Assembly (NCBI GenBank): GCA_964503315.1
Contig: CAZCZL010000012.1
Coordinates: 10,487 to 74,486, forward strand
Length of the DNA stretch: 64,000 nucleotides
Direction: 5' to 3'
From: an uncultured Ignavibacteriales bacterium
GTDB lineage: Bacteria > Zixibacteria > MSB-5A5 > GN15 > FEB-12
The notes beneath the pieces were generated by a model. It made no database searches. It was not told the origin of the DNA and saw nothing but the letters and a program-made list of their open reading frames with translations. The translations under genes were made by a program, and so were the position numbers. Positions within the stretch are counted from its first letter, which is position 1. The number at the start of each line of letters is the position of its first letter. This document shows, piece after piece, positions 7,746 through 18,464 of this stretch.

Positions 7746-8621
7746 CTACCAAAGATGATATAAAATGAGAGTGACGGCGACAAACCAGAGGCCGACATTG
7801 ATGAGGATCGGCTTATCGGCAAACAGCACTCTGGTCGGCGAGCCACCTTCTTCGAGTCGGTGGATAAGATAGAGATACCTGAAGATGCCATACACCACGA
7901 ACGGGATCGTGAGATACAGGTTTTGCGTTCCGAGTTTCACCGAGACCTCATCAGAGAAGGTGTAGAGCATATAAACGACCAGCACCGAAGCGGTCGTCAC
8001 GCCGATGATCTGGTCGAGCAAATAGGGTGAATAATGGCTGAGGCTTTTTCGGTGTGACGCGGCGGTCGCGTCAAGCAGCACCAGTTCATGGCGACGTTTC
8101 CCGAAACCGAGAAAGAGCGCCAGCATGAAGGTGGTGATAAGGAGCCATTTGGAGGCGGGGACATTGATGGCGACCGCGCCGGCATAGGCCCGCAAGACGA
8201 AACTGAGCGCCAGCGCGACCACATCAATAAGGACCAGATCTTTCAGCTTTATCGAGTAGGCGACATTAAGCACGACAAACGCGATGGCGGTGGTGGCGAA
8301 TTGCCAGTTTATCCAGAACGCGGCCGCCAAGCCAGCTGCAAGGAGAAGGACCACCATGATGATGGCCTGAGGCGGGCTGACTCGACCGGAGGCGAGGGGG
8401 CGGTCTTTCTTGAGCGGATGCTGCTTGTCTGTGTTGCGGTCGATCAGGTCGTTGATGGTATAAATGGCAGAAGATAAGAGGCAGAAGATGCCGACCGCGG
8501 CAAGGGCGATCCAGAGCCGCTCGGTATCCCGAAGCATACCCGCGAAAATGAGCGCGGCCAGAACAACCCAGTTCTTGATCCACTGACCGGGGCGGGCAAG
8601 TTTGATAAGGTCGGCTGGCAT
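7746..8621 (-). CDS. UbiA-family prenyltransferase, decaprenyl-phosphate phosphoribosyltransferase-like
   Basis: The N-terminus LARPGQWIKNWVVLAALIF and the Asp-rich motif NDLIDRNTDKQHPLKKDRPLASG are followed by about 8 hydrophobic helices. Confidence 0.7.
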   Translation of the reverse strand: MPADLIKLARPGQWIKNWVVLAALIFAGMLRDTERLWIALAAVGIFCLLSSAIYTINDLIDRNTDKQHPLKKDRPLASGRVSPPQAIIMVVLLLAAGLAAAFWINWQFATTAIAFVVLNVAYSIKLKDLVLIDVVALALSFVLRAYAGAVAINVPASKWLLITTFMLALFLGFGKRRHELVLLDATAASHRKSLSHYSPYLLDQIIGVTTASVLVVYMLYTFSDEVSVKLGTQNLYLTIPFVVYGIFRYLYLIHRLEEGGSPTRVLFADKPILINVGLWFVAVTLILYHLW

Positions 8622-8728
8622 ACCGGTAGTATATGCCGGAACGCCATAGACTTCAAGTATTTCAATCGCAGCCCCAAAGAGGGATGCAAAATCCTTGCTC
8701 CGGGTGCAGGAGAACGTATACTATCGCC

Positions 8729-9673
8729 ATGCCAAGAAGCAGACATCAGAAAGAGAAGCAGAACCACCTGGCGTTGCTGGTCAACCGGAAGGCGACCAAG
8801 TTCCAGGCGAAACAGATAGATAATCTGACCGCGGCGATCAAGGCAAAGGGGGGCTATTACACCACCTTTGAGCCGGACTCGCCGATGGCGCTCTACAAGC
8901 AGGCGCTGGCGATCGCACAGCCGCACAAGGATTCCGCTGAACTGGCCCCTTTGGTGGCCAAACGCGGAGAGTTCACCGCCCTCGTCGCCTGTGGCGGCGA
9001 CGGAACCTTCAATCTGGTCGCCCGCGCGGCGATGGAATCTGAACTTCCGGTCGGTATCCTCCCGATGGGGAGATTCAATGATATCGCGCAGTCTCTCTAC
9101 AAGGACGACGACCCAAAAGTCGCGATTGCCAAGATAGTCGGCGGAGATTACAAGAAGATCGATGTCGGCATTGCCGCCGACCAGCCGTTTTTCAACGCAT
9201 GCGGGATCGGCTTTCTCCCGGAGTTGGCGGAACAACTAGCCGCGAATCGCACACCCCGTTTTGGATTTGGCTGGTCGCAACTCGGAGCGAAGGCCGCCGC
9301 CGCGGTGAAGCTGGAAAAACTGGTCATCAAGATCGACGCATTTCGCTTTGAGGTTTCGCCGATCATGCTAAATATCCACCTTCTCCCCCAGGCGGTGGGG
9401 CTCCCTTTCGCCACGGCAGCGTTGACGGATGATGGCCAGGCGGAAGTGATCTTTGACCAGGGAGGTCAACTTGGCGAGTTCTCCGCGATCACGCGCGCCA
9501 TCCAGAAGGGGAAATATCTGTATGGAACGGATATTCGGATGTTCCGCGGAAAGAACATCAATATTCAGCCGATCCAGCATCGGACGATGTATCTTGATGG
9601 CGAACTGATCAAGTTGCCGACGACGGTATTGGCGGTCAAGATCGGCGACAAGCAGGTGAAAGTGTTCTGTTGA
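8729..9673 (+). CDS. diacylglycerol/lipid kinase family protein (YegS/BmrU-like)
   Basis: The DAGK catalytic-domain motif is ALVACGGDGTFNLVARAAMESELPVGILPMGRFNDIA. The start is placed at ATG 8729. The maximal ORF begins at 8633. Confidence 0.65.
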   Translation: MPRSRHQKEKQNHLALLVNRKATKFQAKQIDNLTAAIKAKGGYYTTFEPDSPMALYKQALAIAQPHKDSAELAPLVAKRGEFTALVACGGDGTFNLVARAAMESELPVGILPMGRFNDIAQSLYKDDDPKVAIAKIVGGDYKKIDVGIAADQPFFNACGIGFLPELAEQLAANRTPRFGFGWSQLGAKAAAAVKLEKLVIKIDAFRFEVSPIMLNIHLLPQAVGLPFATAALTDDGQAEVIFDQGGQLGEFSAITRAIQKGKYLYGTDIRMFRGKNINIQPIQHRTMYLDGELIKLPTTVLAVKIGDKQVKVFC

Positions 9674-9676
9674 GGT

Positions 9677-10309
9677 ATGCGAGCATTTCTCTCTCTTGTT
9701 TCGCTGCTTCTTCCCTTTATCTTTGCCGCGTCCGATATTTCCGCCCAAGTGCCGGTTCCGCCGCTCAATGACACTGTGCAGACAGACTCCGCCCATATCG
9801 ATTCATCCGCGATAAAGCTGATCAAAGAAGACACCGTCCTGTTCGTACCGCCGATCTTTGAAGGCGAACTACCAGTCACTGACAGTTCCAATCTGGAGAA
9901 GAAACTTCGACAAAGCCCGACCGGCGCGCTGTTCAAATCACTGGTGATACCCGGCTGGGGGCAGATGTCGAATGGAAAGCCGGTGAAAGCGCTTATCTAT
10001 GCGGGCTTACAGGGATGGTGTATCGGCGCGGCGGTCCACTACGGTAAGTCATCCTCAAACTTCAAAGACAGCTATGAAGCCTCGACCGATGTCAGTATTC
10101 GAAGGCAGTATTATGCCATGTACAAGGATCGCCGCCAGGAACGAAACAAGTATCTTTTTTTTCTCGGATTGACGACCCTGGTGTCGGTCTTCGACGCCTA
10201 TGTTGACGCGCACTTGACCGGCTCGCCGGCGCATCCGGAGAGAGCAGTCGGATTCGACCTGCAGCCAGCGCCGGGCGGTATGCAGGCCTCGCTCGCGATT
10301 CGCTTCTAA
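9677..10309 (+). CDS. DUF5683-like secreted/membrane protein
   Basis: It has a signal peptide and the motif ALFKSLVIPGWGQMSNGKPVKALIYAGLQG, which is typical of DUF5683 proteins of the Bacteroidota/FCB group. Confidence 0.55.
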   Translation: MRAFLSLVSLLLPFIFAASDISAQVPVPPLNDTVQTDSAHIDSSAIKLIKEDTVLFVPPIFEGELPVTDSSNLEKKLRQSPTGALFKSLVIPGWGQMSNGKPVKALIYAGLQGWCIGAAVHYGKSSSNFKDSYEASTDVSIRRQYYAMYKDRRQERNKYLFFLGLTTLVSVFDAYVDAHLTGSPAHPERAVGFDLQPAPGGMQASLAIRF

Positions 10310-11745
10310 TCTTTCAGAATGAAATTCTTCACGTCGAGTCCGTAGCGTGACGGATCGATCATGCGGAGTACTTTGCGATCGGCGTTCTCCGGCAAGGCGA
10401 GGTCGACCCAGATCGGGTTGTCCAATAGCCCGGCGCGATTACCGACGATCTTGACATACGGCCGCGCCAGGTCATGCTCGTTATTGGTCAGCACGAGCGC
10501 GATCTCGTTGGTGGAGAGCAGAACGAGCGAACCGGACGGATAAATGCCGACCACGTTGGTGAAGATCTTCAACAGGAAGGGGTCGAACTTGATCGCCATC
10601 TGCGACCGCATCTTGTGGATGACCTCATCCGGAGGTATCGATTTCCGCAAGTAGACGCGCCCGGAGCTGAGGGCATCAAAGGTGTCAACGATCGCGATGA
10701 TGCGCGAGAATAGATCGGGTTTCCGCCTGCGGTAGCGTAGGCTCGGGTAACCGGTGAAGTCGTCATTGATATGATGCTCAAATGCTCCACGCGCCGCTCG
10801 CGCGGTATGTTCGTCCAGCTTCAGACGGGCGAAGATAGTTTTGGCGCCGAGCAGCGGATGGCGCTGCATCTGAATCCAGTCGTTTTCATCAAACGCGTCC
10901 GGTTTCTGGATAAGATCTTTGGGGAGTTTCACTTTCCCGATGTCGTGGAACAGCGCAGTAAAGCCTAGCTGCGACAGTCTTGAGCGGTCTATCCCCAACC
11001 GCGCGCCAAGAGTCAGTGAGTAGACGCAGACATTGGTCGAGTGCGCATAGGTGTAATCGTCGTAATCACGAATGGAGGCCAGTTCAAGCAGCGAGGATTC
11101 GTCTCGCGAGACATGGTCTATCAAAGACTGCACCACCCGTCGGGTCTTGGCGAGATTGATCTCGCGATCCTGGGATGCATTGACGATCAACTCCTGGACC
11201 ACGGTCATCGCCTGGAAAAATGCGTTGCGAGCCGTCAACCGGATGAGCTTTTTCTCTTCTTCCGTGACGTGATGATGGCCGTTGTCCCCCTCGCGCTTGA
11301 GCGAAAGAAGGCGCACACCGGCGTGCCCCTGCACTTTCAATCTGGCGGCAAGTTCCTCGATATTTGATGAATTCGGTTTGACTGCCGTGATGAATGTGAT
11401 GAACCGTCGCAGATCATCGAGCGACAGCGTCGACTCAAAGACGATCCCGCCAATACCGAGGGATTTCCACTCCGCTACGACCTGCGCGGCGCCGGAAGCG
11501 CCGTGGTCATCAAACTTGATCATCCGTTCATTGACAAAGTAGTGTCCACCGAATGACTTGATGGTGATGTCGCCATGCTCCGACGCCATCCGGTGGAGAT
11601 GCGAAAAAAATGACTCGCTCTGGTTCTTGAAGACCGCGTTGTTGGCATCAATGATGCGCGATGTCTTATAGAGCACGAAGAAGAGCGTTAACAGCTTTTC
11701 GTCAGTCTTGTCACCAAGGACGCGTTTGGCCTGTTCAACGGACAT
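10306..11745 (-). CDS. HD-GYP domain phosphodiesterase (cyclic-di-nucleotide signalling)
   Basis: Motifs are HSTNVCVYS, LFHDIGKVKLP, MQRHPLLGA, and HHINDDFTGYP (the GYP motif) followed by IVDTFDALSS. Confidence 0.8.
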   Translation of the reverse strand: MSVEQAKRVLGDKTDEKLLTLFFVLYKTSRIIDANNAVFKNQSESFFSHLHRMASEHGDITIKSFGGHYFVNERMIKFDDHGASGAAQVVAEWKSLGIGGIVFESTLSLDDLRRFITFITAVKPNSSNIEELAARLKVQGHAGVRLLSLKREGDNGHHHVTEEEKKLIRLTARNAFFQAMTVVQELIVNASQDREINLAKTRRVVQSLIDHVSRDESSLLELASIRDYDDYTYAHSTNVCVYSLTLGARLGIDRSRLSQLGFTALFHDIGKVKLPKDLIQKPDAFDENDWIQMQRHPLLGAKTIFARLKLDEHTARAARGAFEHHINDDFTGYPSLRYRRRKPDLFSRIIAIVDTFDALSSGRVYLRKSIPPDEVIHKMRSQMAIKFDPFLLKIFTNVVGIYPSGSLVLLSTNEIALVLTNNEHDLARPYVKIVGNRAGLLDNPIWVDLALPENADRKVLRMIDPSRYGLDVKNFILKD

Positions 11746-13801
11746 GGGACCCCTCCGCGTTGGTCGGTGGCTGGGTATAGGTAGCTTGCGGGCGATGCTT
11801 CAATTCGCGGCGTAGTGTTATCGCATCGCGCGCCTGCCGGCGAACATCGGGGATCCAGTGCGAGCGCAGTTTTATGAGCGCCGTCTCGGCTGATGGACTA
11901 GGCGAGTGCGCCAGCGCTTTGATCGCCCCGGCGCGATGCAGCGCGATCCCGGAGTCGCTCATGAGATTTATCCGCGTGGCGAGTTTGCGAAGAAACGCGA
12001 TTGCTCTTTCGCCGCCGAGGATCGCATAAACACGCAGCGCCTCGGTCTGTTCGTCCGGCTCGATCGTCTGGAATGACGGGTCGGCGATCATATGTGCCAC
12101 CGCCTCGAAACATCCCTTTCCCCGGTTATGCATGATGGCCGCGAGGGAAGTTCGTCGAATGTCCGATTCTTTGTCGAGCAGCGCCTTGCCCAGAATGTCG
12201 AGCGTGCGGGAGTCGGTCCGTTCCTTGATAGCGTTCAGGACTTCGAGGCGAACCCGCTTGTCGTCGTGTTTCATCGCGGGGGCCAGGTAGCCGATCGCCT
12301 TATCGTCGTTTATCTTCGCGAGAATGCCAACAGAGTTGCGCACCACAAACCAACGCTTGTCATGTACGCCTTTGGCAATGATAGCCAGGTTGTCCTTGCC
12401 GCGATTGGAGAGAAAATCGCAGAGGAACTCACGGTGAGTCCGGTGTTGCAGATCGCCGAGCAGGTCCGTTATCGCGCCAAGCGCTTCCCAACTGAATACT
12501 TCAAGATAGCTCCGGATATCAAAAGTAGAAATCTCGGCGTGCTGGTTGAGCGCCTCGCCGAATTGCTTCATGCGGGCGGCACTTCCCGCTGAGATGCGGG
12601 CATCGCGCAATCGCTCCGACCAGAGCGGTTTGGATTCAGCCAGCTCCTCTTCGAGGCGACGAAGATGACTGAGGATATGCCCTGCTTCGACCAGACGGCC
12701 GGACGTGACCAGATCGAAGGTCAGTTTCTCACAGATGCCGACAGTCTCGAAGAACGCGCTCAGTTCGGTCTCCTGCAGCAGCATTTCCGCGAGCAGTTCT
12801 GTGGTGGATTCGTACATATCAAACTGAGCGTCGGCAGCCAGAAGTGAACGGATCTCCACTTCTTCTTCCTCGGTCAGTTTGAACTCATCATTGAGAATAA
12901 GCGCGGTATCCGGCGCCGAAAGTTTTGTTCCGACCAGGTCGCCGAAGCCCATCGCTTCGGCGGCCTCGGCGACCTTGAGCGTAGAACTATCTATCAGGTC
13001 ATTGCCGAGACCGTGACCGCCGGATTCATTGGCGGGGTCGACAAGGAAAAACGCGGCGTTCTTTTTTCGCGACGCGCGCAATCTGTCTACGAGTGCGCGA
13101 CCATCCGGCACCGGGCCACTTATCGGCGCGCCGGAACCTTGCTGGTTGCCCGATTGTGCGAGCTTTTTCAGTTCGCGGATTTCTTCATCCGTGACATCGT
13201 CGGGAAGTTCCACGACATACCCGCCGGAATCATTGCCGGGATCGGTATCTTCTCGGAATATGGCATCGTACGCAGAGCGTCGCTCGTCGGACAGGTTCTC
13301 GCTTCCGCTGGAGATGAACTCCTGGACGCGGAAGTCTCCGTCGTATTGCGCGAGCGAGACATCTTCCACGGTCGTGAACTTGATACAGACGAAATTGGCC
13401 TCCCAGAGGAGTGATGCAAGATCGGCGTTCTGAGCGTTTTTGTTCTGGTAGGCTTTGATGGTGTCGAGAAGTTTGTATACTTCCAATAGTTCAAGCGGCT
13501 TACAGAACGTCAGACTCATGATGCCGTTTTCGAAAAAGAGTCCGGCAAGGCTTTCTTCGCGTGAAACATCAGTGAAGACCGCTTCTGAGTCGTACGTGAT
13601 CTTGTCGGCGGAAAAAACCAGCCCGATCTCGCCATGGTCCTCGATAATCTGAACCAGCTTTTCGGAGAAGGATCGACGCAGCGACTGGGGAAGCGGGTTC
13701 CCCTCGGGATACATAGCGACCACCTTGATGACCTTAAGCATATCCTTAAGGATCAATTTGACATCGGTGAAGCGCTTCTGGTTTGGTGCGGTCTGCGTCA
13801 T
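11735..13801 (-). CDS. HEAT-repeat protein (function unknown)
   Basis: 688-aa ORF. The C-terminal half has HEAT-like repeats (DKRWFVVRNSVGILAKINDDKAIGYLAPAMKHDDKRVRLEVLNAIKE ... DIRRTSLAAI ... PDVRRQARDAI). Its stop overlaps the HD-GYP start by 11 nt. Confidence 0.6.
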   Translation of the reverse strand: MTQTAPNQKRFTDVKLILKDMLKVIKVVAMYPEGNPLPQSLRRSFSEKLVQIIEDHGEIGLVFSADKITYDSEAVFTDVSREESLAGLFFENGIMSLTFCKPLELLEVYKLLDTIKAYQNKNAQNADLASLLWEANFVCIKFTTVEDVSLAQYDGDFRVQEFISSGSENLSDERRSAYDAIFREDTDPGNDSGGYVVELPDDVTDEEIRELKKLAQSGNQQGSGAPISGPVPDGRALVDRLRASRKKNAAFFLVDPANESGGHGLGNDLIDSSTLKVAEAAEAMGFGDLVGTKLSAPDTALILNDEFKLTEEEEVEIRSLLAADAQFDMYESTTELLAEMLLQETELSAFFETVGICEKLTFDLVTSGRLVEAGHILSHLRRLEEELAESKPLWSERLRDARISAGSAARMKQFGEALNQHAEISTFDIRSYLEVFSWEALGAITDLLGDLQHRTHREFLCDFLSNRGKDNLAIIAKGVHDKRWFVVRNSVGILAKINDDKAIGYLAPAMKHDDKRVRLEVLNAIKERTDSRTLDILGKALLDKESDIRRTSLAAIMHNRGKGCFEAVAHMIADPSFQTIEPDEQTEALRVYAILGGERAIAFLRKLATRINLMSDSGIALHRAGAIKALAHSPSPSAETALIKLRSHWIPDVRRQARDAITLRRELKHRPQATYTQPPTNAEGSHVR

Positions 13802-13865
13802 AAACGGATTTTATCCTTATCTGAGTATATCGGCACATTTTGTTCGTAGTAAACGCTTGGCGGGC

Positions 13866-13899
13866 AAAAAAATAGCCGGCCCTCGGAGGAGGACCGGCT
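13866..13899 (-). terminator. rho-independent terminator after the nucleotide-sugar dehydrogenase gene
   Basis: On the minus strand: agccggtcc, a loop, gggccggct, then attttttt. 8 of 9 bp pair. Confidence 0.6.
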
Positions 13900-13924
13900 G
13901 AAATATCAGGCGATACTGAATCGC

Positions 13925-15316
13925 TTACAAGACAACGATCTTGCTGCGATTCTTGGTCACCTTCTTGGTGGCGTTGCGCGTATCAAACACCAGCTTCGAA
14001 TTATCGACTATCCACTGGTAATCGTATTGTGTATGGTCGGTCACAACTATCACCAGATCAGCGTTCTTTAACAACTCGGCGGTGACCTTGGATGACTTCA
14101 TCAGGCCATGGCTCTTCTCCCCTTTTTCCCCATGCTCCAGATAGAAACTCGGGACAAACGGATCGTTGTAGAGCACTTTGGCACCGCGATTCTGTAACAG
14201 CTTGATGACATCAAGCGCCGGTGATTCGCGGACATCTTTGATATCCCGCTTGTAGGCGACACCCATCACGACGATGGTCGATTTGCTCAGCGCGATGCCG
14301 GAGCGTTCGTTGAGGAGACGGATAGTCCGCTCGACCACGTACTCGGGCATATGGCTGTTGACATCGCCGGCCAGTTCGATGAACCGCGCGTAGTAGTTCA
14401 GCGATTTCAGTTTCCAGGAGAGATAGTGCGGGTCGATCGGAATGCAGTGTCCGCCCAATCCCGGACCCGGATAAAACGGCATGAAACCGAACGGCTTGGA
14501 AGACGCCGCGTTGATGATCTCCCAAACATTGAGGCCGAGGCGATCGCACATCAGGGCGACTTCGTTGACTAATCCGATATTGACTGAGCGGAATGTATTC
14601 TCCAACAGCTTGACCATTTCGGCGGCTTTGGTCGACGAGACCGGATAGACATTCGGGATAGTCTGTTCATAGAACACTTTCGCGACCGCCGTGCAAGCCG
14701 GCGTGACACCGCCAACCACACGCGGCGTATTTTTCGTCGTAAAAGTCGGGTTGCCCGGATCAACGCGCTCCGGTGAGAAAGCGAGGAAGAAATCCTTGCC
14801 GACTTTCATCCCGCCGCCTTCGAGGATCGGCAGGATCAATTCTTCAGTGGTGCCGGGATAGGTGGTCGACTCGAGTACGACCAGTGTCCCCTTTTTGATG
14901 AACGGCTTCGCCGCGTTGACGGCATCAAGAATGTAGGAAACATCGGGGTCTTTGGTTTTAGAGAGCGGTGTCGGCACGCAGATAGAGATCGTGTCGACTT
15001 TCCCCATCTTGCTCGGATCGGTGGTCGCGCTGAAACGCCCGGCGCTCACCGCCTTTTTCACGACTGAATCCGGAATATCGTCGATATCAGATTTGCCGGC
15101 ATTAAGCAGTTTGACTTTCTCTTTCGAGATATCCAGGCCGAGGACTTTAAAGCCGTTATCGGCAAGGACCATGGCGAGGGGAAGACCGACGTAGCCGAGT
15201 CCGACGATCCCGGGGATCGCTTCACGACTGCGGATCTTGGCGATCAGTTGATCGGCTGGAGAAGTCTGTTTCCCGGCCGGCTTTGACGCCGCTTTCGATT
15301 TCTTTTTTGTAGCCAT
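13925..15316 (-). CDS. nucleotide-sugar 6-dehydrogenase (UDP-glucose/GDP-mannose dehydrogenase family; UDP-N-acetyl-hexosamine dehydrogenase-like)
   Basis: The Rossmann motif is VGLGYVGLPLAMVLA and the catalytic region is GPGLGGHCIPIDP. Also present are ERVDPGN and the C-terminal UDP-binding domain GVAYKRDIKDVRESPA. Confidence 0.8.
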   Translation of the reverse strand: MATKKKSKAASKPAGKQTSPADQLIAKIRSREAIPGIVGLGYVGLPLAMVLADNGFKVLGLDISKEKVKLLNAGKSDIDDIPDSVVKKAVSAGRFSATTDPSKMGKVDTISICVPTPLSKTKDPDVSYILDAVNAAKPFIKKGTLVVLESTTYPGTTEELILPILEGGGMKVGKDFFLAFSPERVDPGNPTFTTKNTPRVVGGVTPACTAVAKVFYEQTIPNVYPVSSTKAAEMVKLLENTFRSVNIGLVNEVALMCDRLGLNVWEIINAASSKPFGFMPFYPGPGLGGHCIPIDPHYLSWKLKSLNYYARFIELAGDVNSHMPEYVVERTIRLLNERSGIALSKSTIVVMGVAYKRDIKDVRESPALDVIKLLQNRGAKVLYNDPFVPSFYLEHGEKGEKSHGLMKSSKVTAELLKNADLVIVVTDHTQYDYQWIVDNSKLVFDTRNATKKVTKNRSKIVVL

Positions 15317-15338
15317 CTATAATTCTCCCAGTGTTGTG

Positions 15339-16309
15339 CTATGTCTGCGTTGCGGTCAACTCACGCCAATACTCAAGTGTATCCTGCAGAGTCTTTCGTA
15401 ACGGTATTTTACCACTAAAGTTCACTGCCCGGGACGCTTTGGCAAAGCTTCCCCGCAGAATCGGTATATCGGCTTTGCGCAGCCGACTCTTATCTACTCT
15501 CACCTCTATATCGGCGTGACTGAGGGATAGCAATATCCTTAGTACGTCGTTAATTGCGACTGCTTTGCCGGAACAAAGTTGGTATGCCTCGCCCGGTATT
15601 CCTTTCTCAGCGAGGAGACGGTAGCCGCGGACGATATCGCGGACGTCGGAAAAATCGCGTCGGGCCGACAGATCCCCGACCATAAGCACTGGTTTCTGGC
15701 GCCCAGCCTCGATTTCCGCGATCTGCTTCGCAAACGATGGAATCACGAAATTGGCAGTCTGCCGAGGTCCGGAGTGGTTGAATGCCCTGGCAACGATAAC
15801 CGGAAGCTGGTGCGAGCGGAAATAATAACGCGCCGCGTATTCCGCCGCCGCTTTGGCTATCCCGTAAGGAGAGATAGGGTTAAAGCATTGGCGTTCGGTC
15901 AGTGTTTTGGTCGGTGGTTGGAAGATGCCGTAGGCATCGGCTGAACCAACAAATAAAAACTTTTTCAGTCCACTATACTGCCGCGCGGCATCCAGCATGT
16001 TCTGGGTACCATCAAAATTGACCCGAAAAGTGGTCTGTTCCAGCTCGAAAGATTTTCCTACCGACGCTATAGCCGCCAGATGAAACAGATAATCCGGTTT
16101 GGCCGAGACAACCAGCTTACGACAGGCGGCGGTATTGAGAATGTCGAGACGAGTCAAGATGAGGTGCTTCTTGATCGCGGTCAGATTTTGAGTCGTCTCT
16201 TTGGGGGCTAGTGTACCGATGACGCGGTATCCTTCGCGCAGTAATTCTTCCGCCAGCCATGAGCCGGCGAAACCACCGATCCCTGTGATAAGCGCGGTCC
16301 GACGTTTCA

Positions 16310-16310
<1 letters not shown>
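15339..16310 (-). CDS. rmd: NAD-dependent epimerase/dehydratase, GDP-4-dehydro-6-deoxy-D-mannose reductase-like
   Basis: Motifs are ITGIGGFAGSWLAEELL and a YGIAK catalytic Tyr-x3-Lys. The start overlaps the gmd stop by 1 nt (TAATG). Confidence 0.6.
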
Positions 16311-17296
<986 letters not shown>

Positions 17297-17524
17297 TTAA
17301 GTCTTATACTGTCGTTGTCGGCAGTTCGACGGCGGTCAATATATAGCCGACCAAAAAGAGGGTCAATTGGAAATACAGCCCCTACCATATTGAAAAAGCG
17401 TCAGTTACGAGCTATATTCGGACTTCGCAGGTAGACAATTCCGCCCTGATCTAAGGGGGTGATCACTATCCTGCTGTCTCCGGTCATATTGGGAGGGTCC
17501 GAGAGAGGAGAAAAAGGAGCCGAC

Positions 17525-18433
17525 ATGGAAATATCCGGGCTGACCGCCGCCGAACTGCTTGAACTGGCCGACACCGAATTCCAGAAGCGAAATATCGATG
17601 AAGCGCTGATCGCCTACCAGAAAACAGTCGAGGCCGCCCGCGCGGAGTTCAATCGACCGGTCGAGGTCGAAGCACTCAGCCAGGCGGCGCGGTGCCACCT
17701 GACCAATGGCCATCGTGAAGAAGGCGAGAAAATGTTATCTGAAGTAGCGGCCAAAGCATCGGACTCCGACCCTCTTGGTTGGTCGCGTTTTCTCGGGGTG
17801 AAGGGTCGCTTTGAATGGAAGCGCAAAGAGCTTGAAGCCGCGCGCGCGACTTTTGAGCAATACTACGACTACTGCGCCCTGCATGACCTTCGGGCACGCG
17901 CGATCGACGCGGTCAACATGAGCGGAATAGTCGCCGCCACTCCGCAGGAAGCAATCGACTGGACCAAGCGCGGAATTCAGATGGCGGAATCCTACGAAGC
18001 CGAGCAGTGGCTCGGCCCACTCTGGAACAATCTTGGGGGAACATATTACGATCTCAAGCAATTCGACGAAGCACTCGACTGCTACCTGAAAGCGCGAGAT
18101 TATCACTGGCGCTTCTCCGGTGAAGTCGCCAAGCTATTTGCGGATTACCATATCGGCATGACCTATCGTTTGCTCGGTCAGAATGAGACTGCGAAAAGCT
18201 GGCTGAGGCCGGTCCTCGCGTGGGCAGAGCGTTTGGGGAATCACGCCGCGATCGCGCAGGCGCTTGATGACCTCGGCGAGATAGAGAAAGAAGCCGGCAA
18301 TCTCACCGAGGCACTCGCGATGCTGAAACGGGCGAAAGATCATTTCAGACTCGATGGCTACCCGGAACATTCGCCGGAGATCTGGAAGAATGTCTCAGAT
18401 AGGGTGGCTCAGCTTGAATCACGACTACGATAA
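17525..18433 (+). CDS. TPR-repeat protein
   Basis: ATG at 17525 sits 6 nt after aaaaaggag. TPR-like helical repeats are present (WNNLGGTYYDLKQFDEALDCYLKA, HIGMTYRLLGQNETAKSWL). Confidence 0.6.
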   Translation: MEISGLTAAELLELADTEFQKRNIDEALIAYQKTVEAARAEFNRPVEVEALSQAARCHLTNGHREEGEKMLSEVAAKASDSDPLGWSRFLGVKGRFEWKRKELEAARATFEQYYDYCALHDLRARAIDAVNMSGIVAATPQEAIDWTKRGIQMAESYEAEQWLGPLWNNLGGTYYDLKQFDEALDCYLKARDYHWRFSGEVAKLFADYHIGMTYRLLGQNETAKSWLRPVLAWAERLGNHAAIAQALDDLGEIEKEAGNLTEALAMLKRAKDHFRLDGYPEHSPEIWKNVSDRVAQLESRLR

Positions 18434-18464
18434 ACGATGATATTCGATATACGGAGGAACACGC

